A DNA stretch of 55,784 nt, counting the filler, from Sluysia triapertura (taxonomy: Eukaryota): the NCBI GenBank assembly GCA_046118255.1. It is 4 parts of 4 records of this genome, joined end to end, with 100 filler letters (N's around TTAATTAATTAA, not from the genome) between each part and the next. Parts side by side here need not be neighbours in the genome. Positions count along the whole stretch, not along the records: positions 23,621 to 40,545 come from JBJNIA010195931.1; positions 40,646 to 55,784 come from JBJNIA010238106.1; 2 more parts are not named here. The stretch is one strand, 5' to 3'. Made by a program: the position numbers and the translations under genes. The notes beneath the pieces were generated by a model. The model saw nothing but the letters and a program-made list of their open reading frames with translations, was not told the DNA's origin and did no database searches. Shown here in pieces: positions 36,989 through 50,639 of this stretch (positions within the stretch are counted from its first letter, which is position 1; each line of letters opens with the position of its first letter).

Positions 36989-38039
36989 CATAATTAAATG
37001 TGAAAAAAATTTTGAAAAAGTTAAAATTTCAAATAAAATTCAAGTGAATCCTACAATTTAAAATAAATTTTTTGCACTAAAGTATTCTTGATATCTTCGA
37101 AGAAAGGCTTAAAAATCTGAACTGGAGAAAGAATTATCTAGAAAATGTATTTAATTTAAGAAAAAAACCAAGTTTAGAATATAGAGTGAAACTTGATTAA
37201 TAAATAGAGGTGGAAACAGATTAAGCGAATAATAGAATACAAACATAAGCTTTATAAAATAAATAAACTATATGATGGCCAAACCAATATTTTAGGAAAC
37301 ATTTAATTAATATATATGGAAGAAATTGACCATAGTATTATGAAAATACTTATTAAATGAATTATCATGATATTAGCTATAGAAATAATTGGCCATATAA
37401 TAGAAATTAACCGTATGGAAAACTTAACAATAATTCTATTTTTATTTGAATAATATATTATTTCATATTGATACTCAATTTAATATTTCCATTTAACATC
37501 AATTGTTATTTATGACAACTGTTATAAAATTTGATTGAAGTAAATACAATCGTTAAATAAATAAATTAATATCCATAAAAACTACCCAAATATATAAAAT
37601 TTCGTGACGCATTTTATTATAGCTTTTTATTATAAATGTATTATAATAATGAAATGTAAGTCTTAAAAGAATACTCTGATAATCTAGAAAATATCATAAC
37701 AAAATATTTTTAAAATATTTCAATAAGCAGCACAAACAGCCTGAAACGAGTTAACATAAAATATAAAGCATTATGTAGATAATGCTTACTTAATTGGTGA
37801 TCGAAAACAGTTATAGAACGTTGACAAACATACAGACACACTCGAACACAAGGAGGTTTATCATATTTTTGTTCCTATAATACAAAAATACACATATTAA
37901 GATCATTTGTATACAATTCACTATGAAACAGAAATGCGGAGAATTTACAAAATTATTAGCCACATTTTTTATATTAGTCAAGACAAAATCGCAAATAAGT
38001 TATTAGATGTTATAAGTTATTTGGATGTTATTTTGGAAA

Positions 38040-39055
38040 AGCCAAATAAGATTTAATAATAAGAGATTTTAATATAAAAATGAATGAATATAAAACAAGT
38101 AAAACATTCATCCAATTACTAAATATATTCAATTTAACGAACCGCGTGAAATTTAAAACTCATAAGTGTGGAAATTTATTAGATTTATTAATAACCGATA
38201 TTGATAGTAATATCGTTACTGATATAAACGTGAATGAACTATTTGATATATCTGATCATTATTTATTTACTTTTAAAGTAGAATTTAAGATTACAAATTG
38301 TGTTTCGCATAAAACAGATTGATTATAGAAACTAATCAAAAATTGATATTGAAGACTTAATGACAAAATTTGAAAAAATAATAAATTTCACAGATGATAC
38401 ATTGAGCAATTTATACAACAGAACAATATCCTTTTATTTAAAATGTAAAAATGTTGAAAAACGTGGTAATGAAAAATTTTGATTTGATTCTAAGATTATT
38501 GAGTTACGAAAAATAAAGCGCTACAAAGAATAGAAATGGAGAAATAAAAAACTGATGAAGCAAAGAAAGAATACATAAAATCTCGTAATATACTATTCCA
38601 GGCTATTAAAAAGAAAAGTGGATTTTTATAGTAAGTCGTTTGAAGCCAATAAATCAAATATTAAAAGTACTTATAAATTATTAAACAAATTATTTGGAAA
38701 ACAAATGAAAATCACGTCAAATGACTTTTTAAAATTTTTTGTATCGATAGTGGAAAATATGCGAAATAACATTAATAGATCAAATATTAAATTAGAAATG
38801 CAAAAGAACATAAACGAATTTGAATTAAAGAAAATTAGTGAGGACGATTTAATGCAAATTATGTCGTAAATGTCAAAAACAAGTTCTATTGATCCAATAC
38901 CAACCAAACTTATCAAAAATAATTCAAATTTGACTAAAGTTATTCCGATTTTATTGAAAATTATTAATAATTCATTATATAGTTTAAACTTTCCTTCAAG
39001 TGAAAAAGTATCCGTTATAGTTCCTCATCTGAAACATGGTGATCCACTTGTTTAA
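38040..39055 (+). mobile_element. L2/CR1-group LINE ORF2 fragment (APE endonuclease end to RT start)
   Basis: DFN-like motif, THKCGNLLDLLIT, ISDHYL, SSIDPIPTKLIK and IINNSL...FPSSEK.SVIVP.LK. A further piece, NYRPVSNI...LIEKAV, lies at about 40352-40410. Confidence 0.85.
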
Positions 39056-40545
39056 ATTAGTTATGAAGATGTAATTAAATTAAATTAAGACTTATTCTAA
39101 ACGTGAGTTCTCTGTGATACTGGACTTACTGACTGAAGGGCCAGCACACAGACTTGCAGCTTCAAAGAAAGATAATAATTTGGAGGTTTTTATGTTATTT
39201 CTAATTCTTCTGCTTTACTAAATCTAGCTATTACTAAACTTTCCGGATGAATAACGTAGTACAATTACTTATTCAATATTAAGGAAAATATACACAAGTT
39301 ATTTATTAATAAATAACCAAATACTAAACTAATAATGCAAATTTATAATGCAAAATTGTGTTGTCAATATATTCTAGAAAAAGCAAATGTATATATATAA
39401 TAATATATCGTTAAATCATCCTAGATATTAAGTTAGTTAAAGTTCTTAGCAGTTAATTTAATTGTAAATAAGTTAGTTAAAGTTTTTAGCAACTTTAATT
39501 ATAAGTTGTAAATAAGTTTAAAATTCTTAATTTAAATTATGAGTTGAAAATATATTTAATTTATTAATTATTATTAAAATAACTCGGTATGATTTTAATT
39601 TTTCGTCTAATCTAGGAACTTGGTTATATTATGAACGATTTATAAATATTAATTTACCAATTAATATTTAATGATTAAATTTTAAAAAACATTTTGTAGT
39701 AAAAAATTTACAAAAACGTTTAGTTAAAAATTAAGTGTATTTTATAATTTTATTAAAAGTGGTCTTAACAATGTAAATGAACTAACGATTAAGCTGCAAA
39801 TAAATAAAACTGCTGCAAAAATTTATGTCCTCTTCTTTTCTTTAAGTAAAATTATCTTCTTATATAAATGTCTTTCTGCATAAATATGTTCTTCTTCTTC
39901 TTTTGATTCTCCAAACAATTAATAAAAAACAAATTTATACCAGTAATAATATTTTGTGCGTGATACTAAAATTTTTTAACTCCTTATATAGTATTTTTAA
40001 TTTGTTTTAAATACTAATAATAACTTTTAATATTTATTACAAATTTTAAGTATTTATTTATTTTATTTTACGATAAAATTTATATTAACAAATTCTTTAA
40101 TAATTATAAATTTTAAATATTTATTTATTTTCGATAATAAATTTTTTGATAAAGAATAATAAAAATAATTTAATACTTTTATTTTTACAATAATAAATCT
40201 TTTGATAAATAATAATAAATAATAATTTAATAATTTTGTTTTTACGATATTTAAAAACAAAAATTTTTATTTAATGATAATTTCAATTTTAAAATTTATT
40301 TAATAAATATCTTCTATTTTCTAAAAATATTTTTACACATTGCTTTTAAATAATTACAGACCCGTATCAAATATAACACTCTCATCAAATTTGATTGAAA
40401 AAGCAGTTTGTGAGAATGAGAATAAAAGAAATGAAAAAATTATTGTGAGTTCACCAACGTACTGGACCTACCAGCGAGGGCCAGCCGTTGGATTTTGCTA
40501 TATAAAATGAAAGATTTGCTTAATTAACGTTAATCCTATAACTTA

Positions 40546-40645
40546 NNNNNNNNNNNNNNNNNNNNNNNNNNNNNNNNNNNNNNNNNNNNTTAATTAATTA
40601 ANNNNNNNNNNNNNNNNNNNNNNNNNNNNNNNNNNNNNNNNNNNN
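40546..40645. other. Artificial contig linker
   Basis: 44 N + TTAATTAATTAA + 44 N. Confidence 0.95.
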
Positions 40646-41149
40646 TGAGTGAACAATAAGTTTAGCTGTTTCTTTATTAATAAATTTTCGAATATGTGAT
40701 ATTTTACTTAATTGATACTTACACTTTTTAACGATACAATTAATATTTTCTTCCATGTTCCTTTTTGAAGCCATATAACAACTACTAAAGATTATAAATT
40801 GAATTAATAATTATTAATAAAATTAATAATTGAATTAATAATTTTAATTTCTGTATAATTTAATAAAAATATATTACTGTCAATTTTAAACAAATAAATA
40901 TAAAACAATTTTACAAATATAATATTTTATTTTCAAGTATAGCTCATAAAGAAAGAAGTAAAAAAATATAAATATAAAAAGCGCACAATAATAATTTATG
41001 AAATGTTTTATAGTGTAAATAATTCCCGTTCATTTTAGAAAGATTTCTCTGTTTTCGTTCTATTTATAAAATTTTCACTAACTTCTGAATAATAAAGATC
41101 CTTTAGAATATTACCATCTTAAAAATTCATTTATCCATCTATAAATTGT

Positions 41150-41465
41150 CGTCCACATTGGGCGGGAGCACATTTTGTAGAGTTATTCGTTTTGCCATTT
41201 CTATTTTGAGTGTTATCGATTATTTCAAGATAAATACACACATATTTTGTCATAAATAATAATCATTTATTTGTATAAACATCAAACACGAGTACACTCG
41301 ACAGGACTCGATATCGTTTTTCTTATTTGGACACACGATTAAGCAAAAAACAAATGAATCACACAAATAGATGAAAGAGTATAAAAATACTAAAAAAACG
41401 GGTCACAATTTTCTGTAAATTTGCAAAAGTTGGTTATTCACACTGAGATAACTGAATCATGAACA
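41150..41465 (-). repeat. LTR-like repeat related to 52184-52325, with a possible PBS remnant
   Basis: Shares CATTTTGTAG, ATAAACAT(C)AAACACGAGTACA and ATAACTGAATCAT with 52184-52320, in the same order. On the minus strand ...CTACA is followed shortly by CGCCCAATGTGG (cf. tRNA-Lys PBS TGGCGCCCAACGTGG). Confidence 0.4.
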
Positions 41466-43418
41466 TCTGTCATTAGTTCAAGCAGTGTAGTTTTGTAGAG
41501 TCAGAAGTAGTACTATCAATAAATGATTAGTTGGGGAATAAACATAATAAATTGATAAATAAAGTAGAATTTTTGTAAAAACAATTTATTTGTAGCTTTC
41601 TTTCAAGTTTTTACACTTGTATATTTATGTTTGTGGTCATAAAAGGTTTGCAAGCTCCACAAGATGCACGTAATAATATATTGAAAGTATACGAGTGTAT
41701 TCGTGGTTGGCAGCGAATCTAGCTAAGTATAAAACAAGTATAATCCTTGATCAACGCTGATCAATAGTTTAGATCTTAATTAGAATGATTCCTGTCGGAT
41801 GCAAGACACGCTCTAGGCGAACTCAGCACTTAAATTTATTAAATTCAAAAACACGAATGAAGCAAAATTAACAAACAAACAAATAAAAAAGAAAATGACA
41901 ACTAATTATCAGATAGATAGGACAAAAATTAATCTAATTTATGATTAAAATCAAATATTCTCGTTTTAATTTAATTATGAGTTCAGTTATCACAAAAGTT
42001 CGGTAATAATAAATATAGCATAGAAACTAAAAATATTGTATAACATAATCGCAATATGCAGAGCAGAAAAATAAAATGGCAGTGTGTTTCATGTCGAAAT
42101 TCTAGAAAAACTAGTATCTATATGTACTAGCTGATGACCAATGAAATTTCTAGAATTTTTTTTGAAATTTTTTAATTCTTATTATATTGCATTATTATTA
42201 TTATTATCATTATTATTGTTGCTTTCTTTACTAATATTATTTTACGATTATTAATATTTTTTGTTGTTATTATATCACAATTTTAATTAATATTTTTCCA
42301 AATGATTATGATGGCGATCTAACTTTATAAAACCCTTACTTTTAAAAATTTAAAATTTTTCTGATTTAACTTCATAATCGATGTCTTAACTGGCATCAAC
42401 GATTTTTTAAAAAGTTGTGATGGAAGTACAAATAAAGAATTTTAAAATTATCTTTCAAAGTCTCAATAAGAAAAAAGATCGATAAAATCAATTATATTGG
42501 ATATGGACGAAAAATAAATATTTTTATTCTAAGTTAATTTAAACCATGCCTCGTAATATTTTCCCAATATCAACTGTTCCAATTATTTTTCTTACAGTAT
42601 TTTTCACTGATATTACATAATAGTTAAATATGCTCTCATTTCATTCTATAATAATTTCCCATAATCAATCTCATAATTGTTTTCCAAATCCAATATATGT
42701 ATATAATCTTATTCCTATAACTGTGGCTATATTTACTTATTGTACTCCTACAGTATTTATGTTCCATTATGTCTAATTATTTGTTCGTATTTTCATTTTT
42801 CTGACAACGCGTTTTGAAATTTCGCATATATTTCAGTGGTTGCGAGTTTATTTGTGTTGAGCAGTTTGAGTTGCAGTCGAACGTTCTTTATCCGCGTGAA
42901 CAGTCGTATTGAGCAGGAAACCTTTTTAAAACATGAGTAAATACTCACTTGGAACGAATGAGACATTATTTTTACGAATACATTCATGAAGAGCAACGAA
43001 AAGGTTAAAATTGATATGGATAAAAAATTTGAATTATTGATCATTAATAACTGCACAAATTGGAATTTTCAAATGCATTATCAAAGATGGGTTGATAAAA
43101 TTTGAGCAAAATAAGTTGTAAAATGAACAATATGAGAATATTTAGAATGAAAGAAAGAAAGCATCTCAAGTATTCTGTGTACATTAAAGTATTTTAAATG
43201 TGTTATGTTAAATGATTGAAAAAATCGAATTAATAATAAATTCTTTAAGTGCAAAAGTAGCACTAGATTTGAAAATGAATAAAACTTGATAGTAGCGTAT
43301 CTCGAGAACTTTTCTCATCTAAAAGTAGATTAAATATAAATTATTAAATGGTTTTTAAACATTCAGTAGTTATTTATTGTACACTCACAAAGTATATATA
43401 TTGGAATACTGCATACAT

Positions 43419-44036
43419 TAGGGTGATTTAAAAGTAACTCCATATTTTAAAATACCTATAATTTAATTCAAATGCCGTAATATGTTTCTCAACGTTTATT
43501 ATATATCTTACTTAATATATGGCAATTTAATCTGTGCTCTCGTTTTCTTTTTAGAGATCTGTTTTGTGAATTTGTTTTAATTAATTTGTTTGAAATTTCA
43601 AAACCCCACAAAATTGATTGGACATCTTGCACCATCCATGGAGAACTATTAAGCTCATTCACACTTTGCTATCATTGTTCGTGAATTGCTGAATGATAAA
43701 TTTCCTGGAGATGGATGGGTCGTCGTGATTCACACGGATTGCCAGGCAGAAGTCTTGCCTTAACACCGTACGACTTTTTTCTCTGGGCAAGTCTATTCAA
43801 CTAAACCATGAAATTTGGAAGAACTAGAAGAGAGAATACGTGAAGTTATGGTTTTCATCCCACAAGAGTTTCTTGTGAAATCAATTGTTGCGATTCCTGG
43901 TCGACTTGGGAAACTGGTGGCGAATGATGGTGCCTACATTGAATTTTAAATAAAGTCCATGTAATCTACTTTCTTCTCATATTTATTAAAGAATAAATTA
44001 TATTTAAATTATAAACTACAGTTATTTCAAAATATA
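43419..44036 (+). mobile_element. Tc1/mariner (maT/DD37D-like) deletion derivative
   Basis: TIR-like AGGGTGATTTAAAAGTAACTCC, then HFAIIVRELLNDKFPG/WMGRR...LPGRSLALTPYDFFLW...NLEELEERIRE...RL.KLVANDGAYIEF* (cf. WP.RSPDLTP.DFFLWG). Confidence 0.8.
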
Positions 44037-44418
44037 TATGTAAAGGCGTAGAAAAGTTATTGAACTATGTATCGTATTGTTGAATAAAAACAATCGCATT
44101 AAATTTGAGATTTTTAATAATAGATTACTAAGGTATCCTAAGTGGCTTTAAATACTTCCTTGTTGTGTATGTTTGAAATTTTTATAACATCAAATATTAT
44201 TACTATTACTAATATTAATAATGATAATAATATTATTATTAAGATTTTGATTTTTATCATTATTAATTTTTTATTGTTAAAAGAAATTTTACGGAAAACG
44301 GAAACAGATTACGCTTTAATGAGTACAAAAAATTGTTGTTATGGCAATAATATCTTTCTTTTAACAAAAATAATAAAAGCGAAAGAAAACATTAAACAAT
44401 AATAGAGTAATGAACAAC

Positions 44419-44462
<44 letters not shown>

Positions 44463-44541
44463 GAGCGAGCGTAAAAATAATATAAAAACTGTATAATTAA
44501 AATTTTATTTTATTTTACATTAAAATTATATGAATAAAAAT

Positions 44542-44712
44542 NNNNNNNNNNNNNNNNNNNNNNNNNNNNNNNNNNNNNNNNNNNNNNNNNNNNNNNNNNN
44601 NNNNNNNNNNNNNNNNNNNNNNNNNNNNNNNNNNNNNNNNNNNNNNNNNNNNNNNNNNNNNNNNNNNNNNNNNNNNNNNNNNNNNNNNNNNNNNNNNNNN
44701 NNNNNNNNNNNN
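44542..44712. other. Scaffold gap
   Basis: Run of N without a linker core. Confidence 0.95.
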
Positions 44713-44993
44713 TCTTAAAAATAATAATAACAAATAATAAATAATAATAAATAATCTTAAAAACCATAATATTGAGAGTAATTTCAATGATAAGCTTAAA
44801 ATTTAGAAATAAATAAATTATTAATTAATTAAATGAATTATATGGCCAAACCAATATAACAAAACATTATATAATACTATGAAAATGCATATAATAAGAT
44901 CATTTGATGGAAAGAAATTGACCACAGAATATTAAAACTTTTTATATATCTTTATACAATTCTGCTAGACTTGATTTCAATGGGATTACCAAC

Positions 44994-45310
44994 TGTAGAA
45001 TAAGGAAGATGTAGAATTGAAAAAAGTAGGAACAAGTGATACAGAATGATGAGCAGAACATAATGAAACATTCGTGAAGTAAGAATATCTTAGAGTTTCA
45101 ATAGATTGATGAGACTCTTGAAGAAGCTTGAGATTGGTTTGTGAATTTGTGAATCTTTGAAGCCATTTGAGATCTTATTAACGAATCTTTGAGAGTTTGA
45201 TAAGTGTGTTTAAGTTTTTTAAAATATTTGACAAATAAAATCATTGCTACTGTTTGATATTAATACTTAGTATGGGAAGGTAGAAAAAGAATCAGAGTAA
45301 TGTTCAGGAA
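44994..45310 (+). repeat. Dispersed repeat (possibly solo-LTR-like, TG...CA), related to 16685-16990
   Basis: Shares blocks with the reverse complement of 16685-16815 and contains AATAAA. No TSD recognised. Confidence 0.5.
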
Positions 45311-46169
45311 CACTTTGTCAATTGCTTTAGAACCTTATTAAAACCGTAAAGTATTAAATAAGATTAAGTCTAAAAATAGATTAATTAAATCTTAATTAAG
45401 AAAAAATGCATTTCTATAGATAATGTTTGCTAGGGTTTGACCGAGGAAGCATTAATATTGAGCAAAGTCAAACTTTTATTAATTCTCAATTCTAAAATGT
45501 TCAATATTTCACATTTAGAATGATGAAAAGATGACGAATTGAATATGATATGATTACTACGAAAGAGGAGCATCTAGAAATGAATTTGAAACGTTTATAG
45601 AAAGATTTCTTTGAGAATAAGAACCTAAAACATTTTATAATGGTAAAATGAGTGTCAATAATTGAATTTTCAAATTAAATTAATTATTTATATATATGTT
45701 GTTAATGTTAATGATGGTTATTTTAATGAGAGAAGTAATTTAGGAGAAAATATGTTGAGTGGAGTAGAACGCCCCCAACTTAATGAAAAAACATAACGCC
45801 ACTATAAAAAAAACACCTTTTTAATAACAAAATGTATTTTTCTGTTTCTTATAAATTAAATAAATTAAATATTTTTGTTATTACAAATTATAATAATACT
45901 TTTGTCTTGCCTTGCTCTTGCTTTTACACTTATGCTTATTTATCTGGGATCGCTCGTTCACTCGTCCTAGATGGAATGATGGAAGTGCAAAATGTGGTTG
46001 TCTAGAATCTAAATGTAAAAATTCAAGCTTTTCTCCTTAAAATCAAATAATACGAACTAAACTCGCTAAAAGTTTATTTATCAAATGTAAGTAACAAATA
46101 CAAAGTCTACAAAAATAGTTCGGATAATGTTCACAATATAAAATGTACCACACGTAGTTATATTTAGGG

Positions 46170-46378
46170 CGCTTACAAACTTCTTTTAAAATTAGAAACA
46201 TAAACGGTATACAACCTATCATCTGTCTCTTATTATCACTGTAGATTCTGTACAGATTATTATGTCTCAATGAAATATTATTCATCTTGGTTTCCAATTT
46301 TCGTATTATTTCTAAGAGATATTTAGGACTTCCGTCATGTATGCATTTGTAAGTTATTGTCATGATTTTGAATTCAAT
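46170..46378 (-). mobile_element. L2 LINE 3' fragment, same family as 18140-18655
   Basis: IEFKIMTITYKCIHDGSPKYLLEII.KLETKMN aligns directly with 18378-18560. Confidence 0.85.
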
Positions 46379-47404
46379 TCAACAAGAAGAAACAGTGTGT
46401 TAAAAATGTGAAAAATAAGTTTAATTGGTCCAAACTTTTCATAAATAATTTAATTTTGACAAAAGTTATTCATCACTTATTACATCATCTACAGTTATGT
46501 CAAGTAAAAAGTATCTGATCCATTACATTTAAATAATTACAGACTTGTCTCAAATATAACATTCTATCAAAAGCTGCTTAAAATTCGTACAATGTATCAT
46601 TTTCTATGCAAAGCCTATCATTCGACAGAAACATACTGTTATAAATGCCATATGCAAAACTAAACTGTGTGGAAATAAATACTTGAAAATAATCAATGAA
46701 GAAAATAATCACAACATTAAAATAAACGAAACAAACTTAATTGCAGGTTATAAGATGCTGGAAAGAGACTAAAATTACGAAATATAGGATCCAAAAGTGA
46801 GCATGAAAGAAAATATTATTTGTACATTTAAAAAGCCTTACAGAGAATAATAAATATTAGAAAATTTATTAATAAGTATTAGTTTAAATAATTGCCCAAT
46901 CATTGATAACTAATAATATAGATATTGTTTGTATTGAATTCCTTACATAACGGTGCGAAAATTGCAGTTACTATTAAATCAATGAGAAAGACCAATTTTC
47001 CAAGTGGTCCATGTATTAAGTGCTGCTGCGGTTTTCTTAATTCTTAACCCACGGAAAAATAAAATGAAATTTTAAAATTAAAATAGAGAAATTTGTTTTA
47101 CGTAGATTTTACGAAGTTAACTCCAAGAGTGAATTTCACCTTACAACTAATATCTCAACAAAATTTCACGGAATGAATAAATCGGATAAGAAATCAGATC
47201 CACTAAACAGATCGGTTGCTAAAAATATTTGTAGTTGATAAAATTTTTGTAGCCAATATTTTTAAACAAATAATGGTATTGTTATGGTTTAGCCATCAGC
47301 CAATCAAAAACGAATAGAATTCTAAAATGTTCTTTTTTTCATTTTTAGAAAATAAATTTCTTTTAATGAATTTAATGATTTTGAAGAGTTGTGATGACCA
47401 TCTA

Positions 47405-47600
47405 GCAGATCTTATCTTAAGGTATTACAGTGGTTACCAATAAAATCAAAATTAGAGTTCTATATAATCACAATAATTTATAAATGCTTACATTAAGGAA
47501 GTTCTGAATATCTCTTGAATATCCACAGTGATAAGAAGATAGATGATAGATTATATACCAGAAAATGTTATATTATTGGAAGATTATGAAATATTTCCAA
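47405..47600 (+). mobile_element. L2 LINE 3' fragment, same family
   Basis: LQWLPIKSKLEF.IITIIYKCLH.GS.EYLL. Confidence 0.8.
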
Positions 47601-48300
47601 GTAGATGTTAGAAATATTGGTTATTTCGATTTTAGAAATGCTAAAACTGATGCTACAAATAAATTAATTTAATGATTCAATGGGATGATTCATTTGAATG
47701 AATTTCTGCCGCTTGTTTGTGAGGTGATAATAATTGAACCACTGAAAAAAGGTTGTGCTTACTTCAATTTCGATCAATCAATTTGTTAACACGTATTTTA
47801 TACCTCACGTAAAAAAAGAAGTGCAACGCGACATATTTAATTGAATAATAATGTATTTTTTGAACGAGATTATCAATAATAAAAAAATCACCAACAAAGT
47901 CTAAAATTAGACACATTATATCATCTCGTCACTCTATATATACACAATGTATATTGACTATAAATATTGATTGTCTCAATATTGACTGACAAAATCAACA
48001 TTTAAAATCATTATTTAATGTTTCTGTCATTCATTTAATATTTTCTAATTTACTTTTTTATGAATAAAAAGAGAGAATGTGTATTGAAATAATGAAATAA
48101 TTGTTGTGCCAAGTAATTGTTTTTATTAAACTATTTTGTTTGTAAATAATAATGAAAGATAATAAGATCGTTTTAAAAATGACAAAACCAGAATTTCATA
48201 AATTTCCGAATTCAAAAATGAGTCAAAGGTAGGAAGATATTAGACTGTGTGGAGTACGGGATTGTTATATGGATTCAAAAATGAACATGGAAGAATACAT

Positions 48301-48670
48301 TTGGTTGTTGCATAAGCTCCCGCCGTTATATGAAGCTATTTGTTCTACAAAGACTTGATGTTTCGTTAAAGTCCTTGCTATGCCCTACAAGAATTAAGTA
48401 ATCGTTTGTGCCCATCAAGGCGACAAAAAATCCCTCTTTTCGCCTTTCATCGAGGTCAAAAAGCGAGTGAAGCTACCAGAGATATTTGCTCCGTATATGG
48501 AGAGAACTGATTGGGTTCAAACATGATAATTTCGACCTCAACAACGCTTCTCGTTCCGGAAGACCTGTCAAGATGGACAAGAACCAACTCGGGTATCTTC
48601 TGAAGGAAGATGGCCAACAAAAATTCAGAGAGAATTGGGCGAAAAGATGAATTGTGATTTTGCGACAATT
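48301..48670 (+). mobile_element. Mariner (DD34D-type) 5' fragment
   Basis: TIR-like TTGGTTGTTGCATAAGCTCCCGCCG, then LFAFHRGQKASEATRDICSVYGE...FKHDNFDLNNASRSGRP...LLKEDGQQ..RELGEKMN (mariner HTH domains). Confidence 0.85.
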
Positions 48671-49310
48671 TCACGCCAGAAACATATGCAACAACCCAAT
48701 ATTACATATGAAAAAAATTAATTAATTAATACGGAAATTGCACTTATCAACAAGAATAATCTTCCCAGAGATCCATAATATCATAATCTATAGTGATGTT
48801 AAGATAAGTGAGATTGTTACATACTGTTTGTATTTCAAAGATGTACAATCACATATTTGAAGTTTTTAAAAGAAGAAAGTTTTTTTAGTCTAAAATGATT
48901 TAAATAGATAATTCAGATGAAAATTTACTTTAATTTACGTAGCTGTACGAAGGAAACTGTCAATATAATTATAGAAGGTAATCAAATAAATATTGGCTAT
49001 AATGTGGTACCCGTGAAAAATGTTACACAATGAGATATAACACAACAATAATTGATTTATAATTTACGGATTCGGTGAAATTTTGAGTTCTTAAATTTTG
49101 GGATTAAGTAAGTACAATGTCATAAAGTTATACAAATTGTCTTTCTCTTTATGTGTTATTTGAGAATTATAAAAGCGTTTTATATTCTTTAGTTAGTTAA
49201 ATTGATGTTTTATCTCGACACTTTGTAAGAGAATTTAAATTTTAGTTGCACTTTCATCTGCTACATCAGAGAGAGAGACTGTTTCAATTAAGGTTTTAAA
49301 TTCATTAATG

Positions 49311-49343
<33 letters not shown>

Positions 49344-49389
49344 GTAATGATAATAATAATAATAGAATTAATAGCAACATATCAAGCTA

Positions 49390-49545
49390 CTATCGTGTCG
49401 ATGGATTTTCTTCAGTTGAAGGTTTAAATTGAATAGGATATAGCAAATGTAATTCACTGTCAGTAGAGGTAATTGGCAATTTGTTTTGTTGATGGTATTC
49501 AATTAAATGTTTGATACTTGTAAATTCCCGATCTTTTGTATGTAC
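49390..49545 (-). CDS. Shc: Terminal coding exon of an Shc adaptor protein (C-terminal half of the SH2 domain)
   Basis: After a TATAG acceptor: VHTKDREFTSIKHLIEYHQQNKLPITSTDSELHLLYPIQFKPSTEENPSTR*. This matches the Shc pattern VRTKD..FESVSHLI.YH..N.LPIISAGSEL.L.QPV. Confidence 0.88.
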   Translation of the reverse strand, partial: VHTKDREFTSIKHLIEYHQQNKLPITSTDSELHLLYPIQFKPSTEENPSTR

Positions 49546-50303
49546 CTATAATATTTAGAAATAATATTTAGATATAATATTCAGAAATTTTTCAAAAACA
49601 TAATATAAAAAATGTATTTCATTATTTTTCGTTCAGAAAATAACATTTATAAAAAGGTACTTCAGTATAAAGCTCAGTAACTCTTATATTTTTGTATTTT
49701 ACTTGAAATGAGAAACCAAAAAAATTTCGCTGAAATATTTCACACCAAAGTATTTTTTCTTGCGACTCTGAGTACGAAATTTATTGATTTATCTAATCTA
49801 CTTTTCATAGGTTTATTTTGTATTATTATAATTTTGCTTACCAAAAAATTAAAATTCCAATAAAAAATTCTAATAAAACAATCAAACAGCATAATTGTTT
49901 ATTTTTAATTAAGTTAAAGCGCATTTTCATTCATATTAAAATACAAATTTGTAAGTAAGAAATTAATATTTTTGTTTTTATATAATGTTTACAGGGAAAA
50001 TAACGTACTATAAGCAACATCATGGATGAAACACTCTACAATTTTATTTATAATCAGCAGGTTAAATACAAAAAATTGAATTTAACTGATTTACATTAAC
50101 TTTAGAAAAAATTAATTCCAAAAAATTTTTTTCAAATAAAGCGTACCTTAATTTTTTTAAAATTCACTTTTTCTTTGTAATACTCGCAAATTATGTACGA
50201 GCTTTTAGGATAATTATGATTTAAAATTATTGTAATTATTATTTTAAAATCATTGCGATTATCTCTACTTACGGAAAAATATGAAATATAAAAATTACAT
50301 ATA

Positions 50304-50612
50304 CAGTTGATTCTCGTATAACGCGAATCCCAGTAACGCGAATTCGTATAATGCAATGATAAAATTGAGACAATTAACGCAATTTTACCTCATACAACGC
50401 GTTAATGAAACTTTTAATTTTAGTATTATCCACGATAAGTTCGACATCTACCGTTGATAATTAAACTATATTTATAGTTCTATGTTTGTAAGTTTATGTA
50501 TTCAGTTAGAATTCTTATAAGCGATAGTAACGTAAAATATTATACGGGGTCCCATGTAACACGAATTCCTATAACGCGATATGAATCTATCGCATTATAC
50601 GGGAACCCACTG
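50304..50612. mobile_element. pogo/Tigger-like MITE (309 bp)
   Basis: TA | CAGTTGATTCTCGTATAACGCGA ... TCGCATTATACGGGAACCCACTG | TA, with internal TAACGCGA repeats. Confidence 0.85.
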
Positions 50613-50639
50613 TATTTATAAATTTCAAATACTATTTAA

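Noticed and set aside
37240-37460. Possible Penelope GIY-YIG remnants (also about 42560-42780 and 44840-44930)
   Set aside because: Shared short blocks such as ATGGCCAAACCAATAT and GAAATTGACCA suggest a repeat, but the protein motifs are too decayed to classify.
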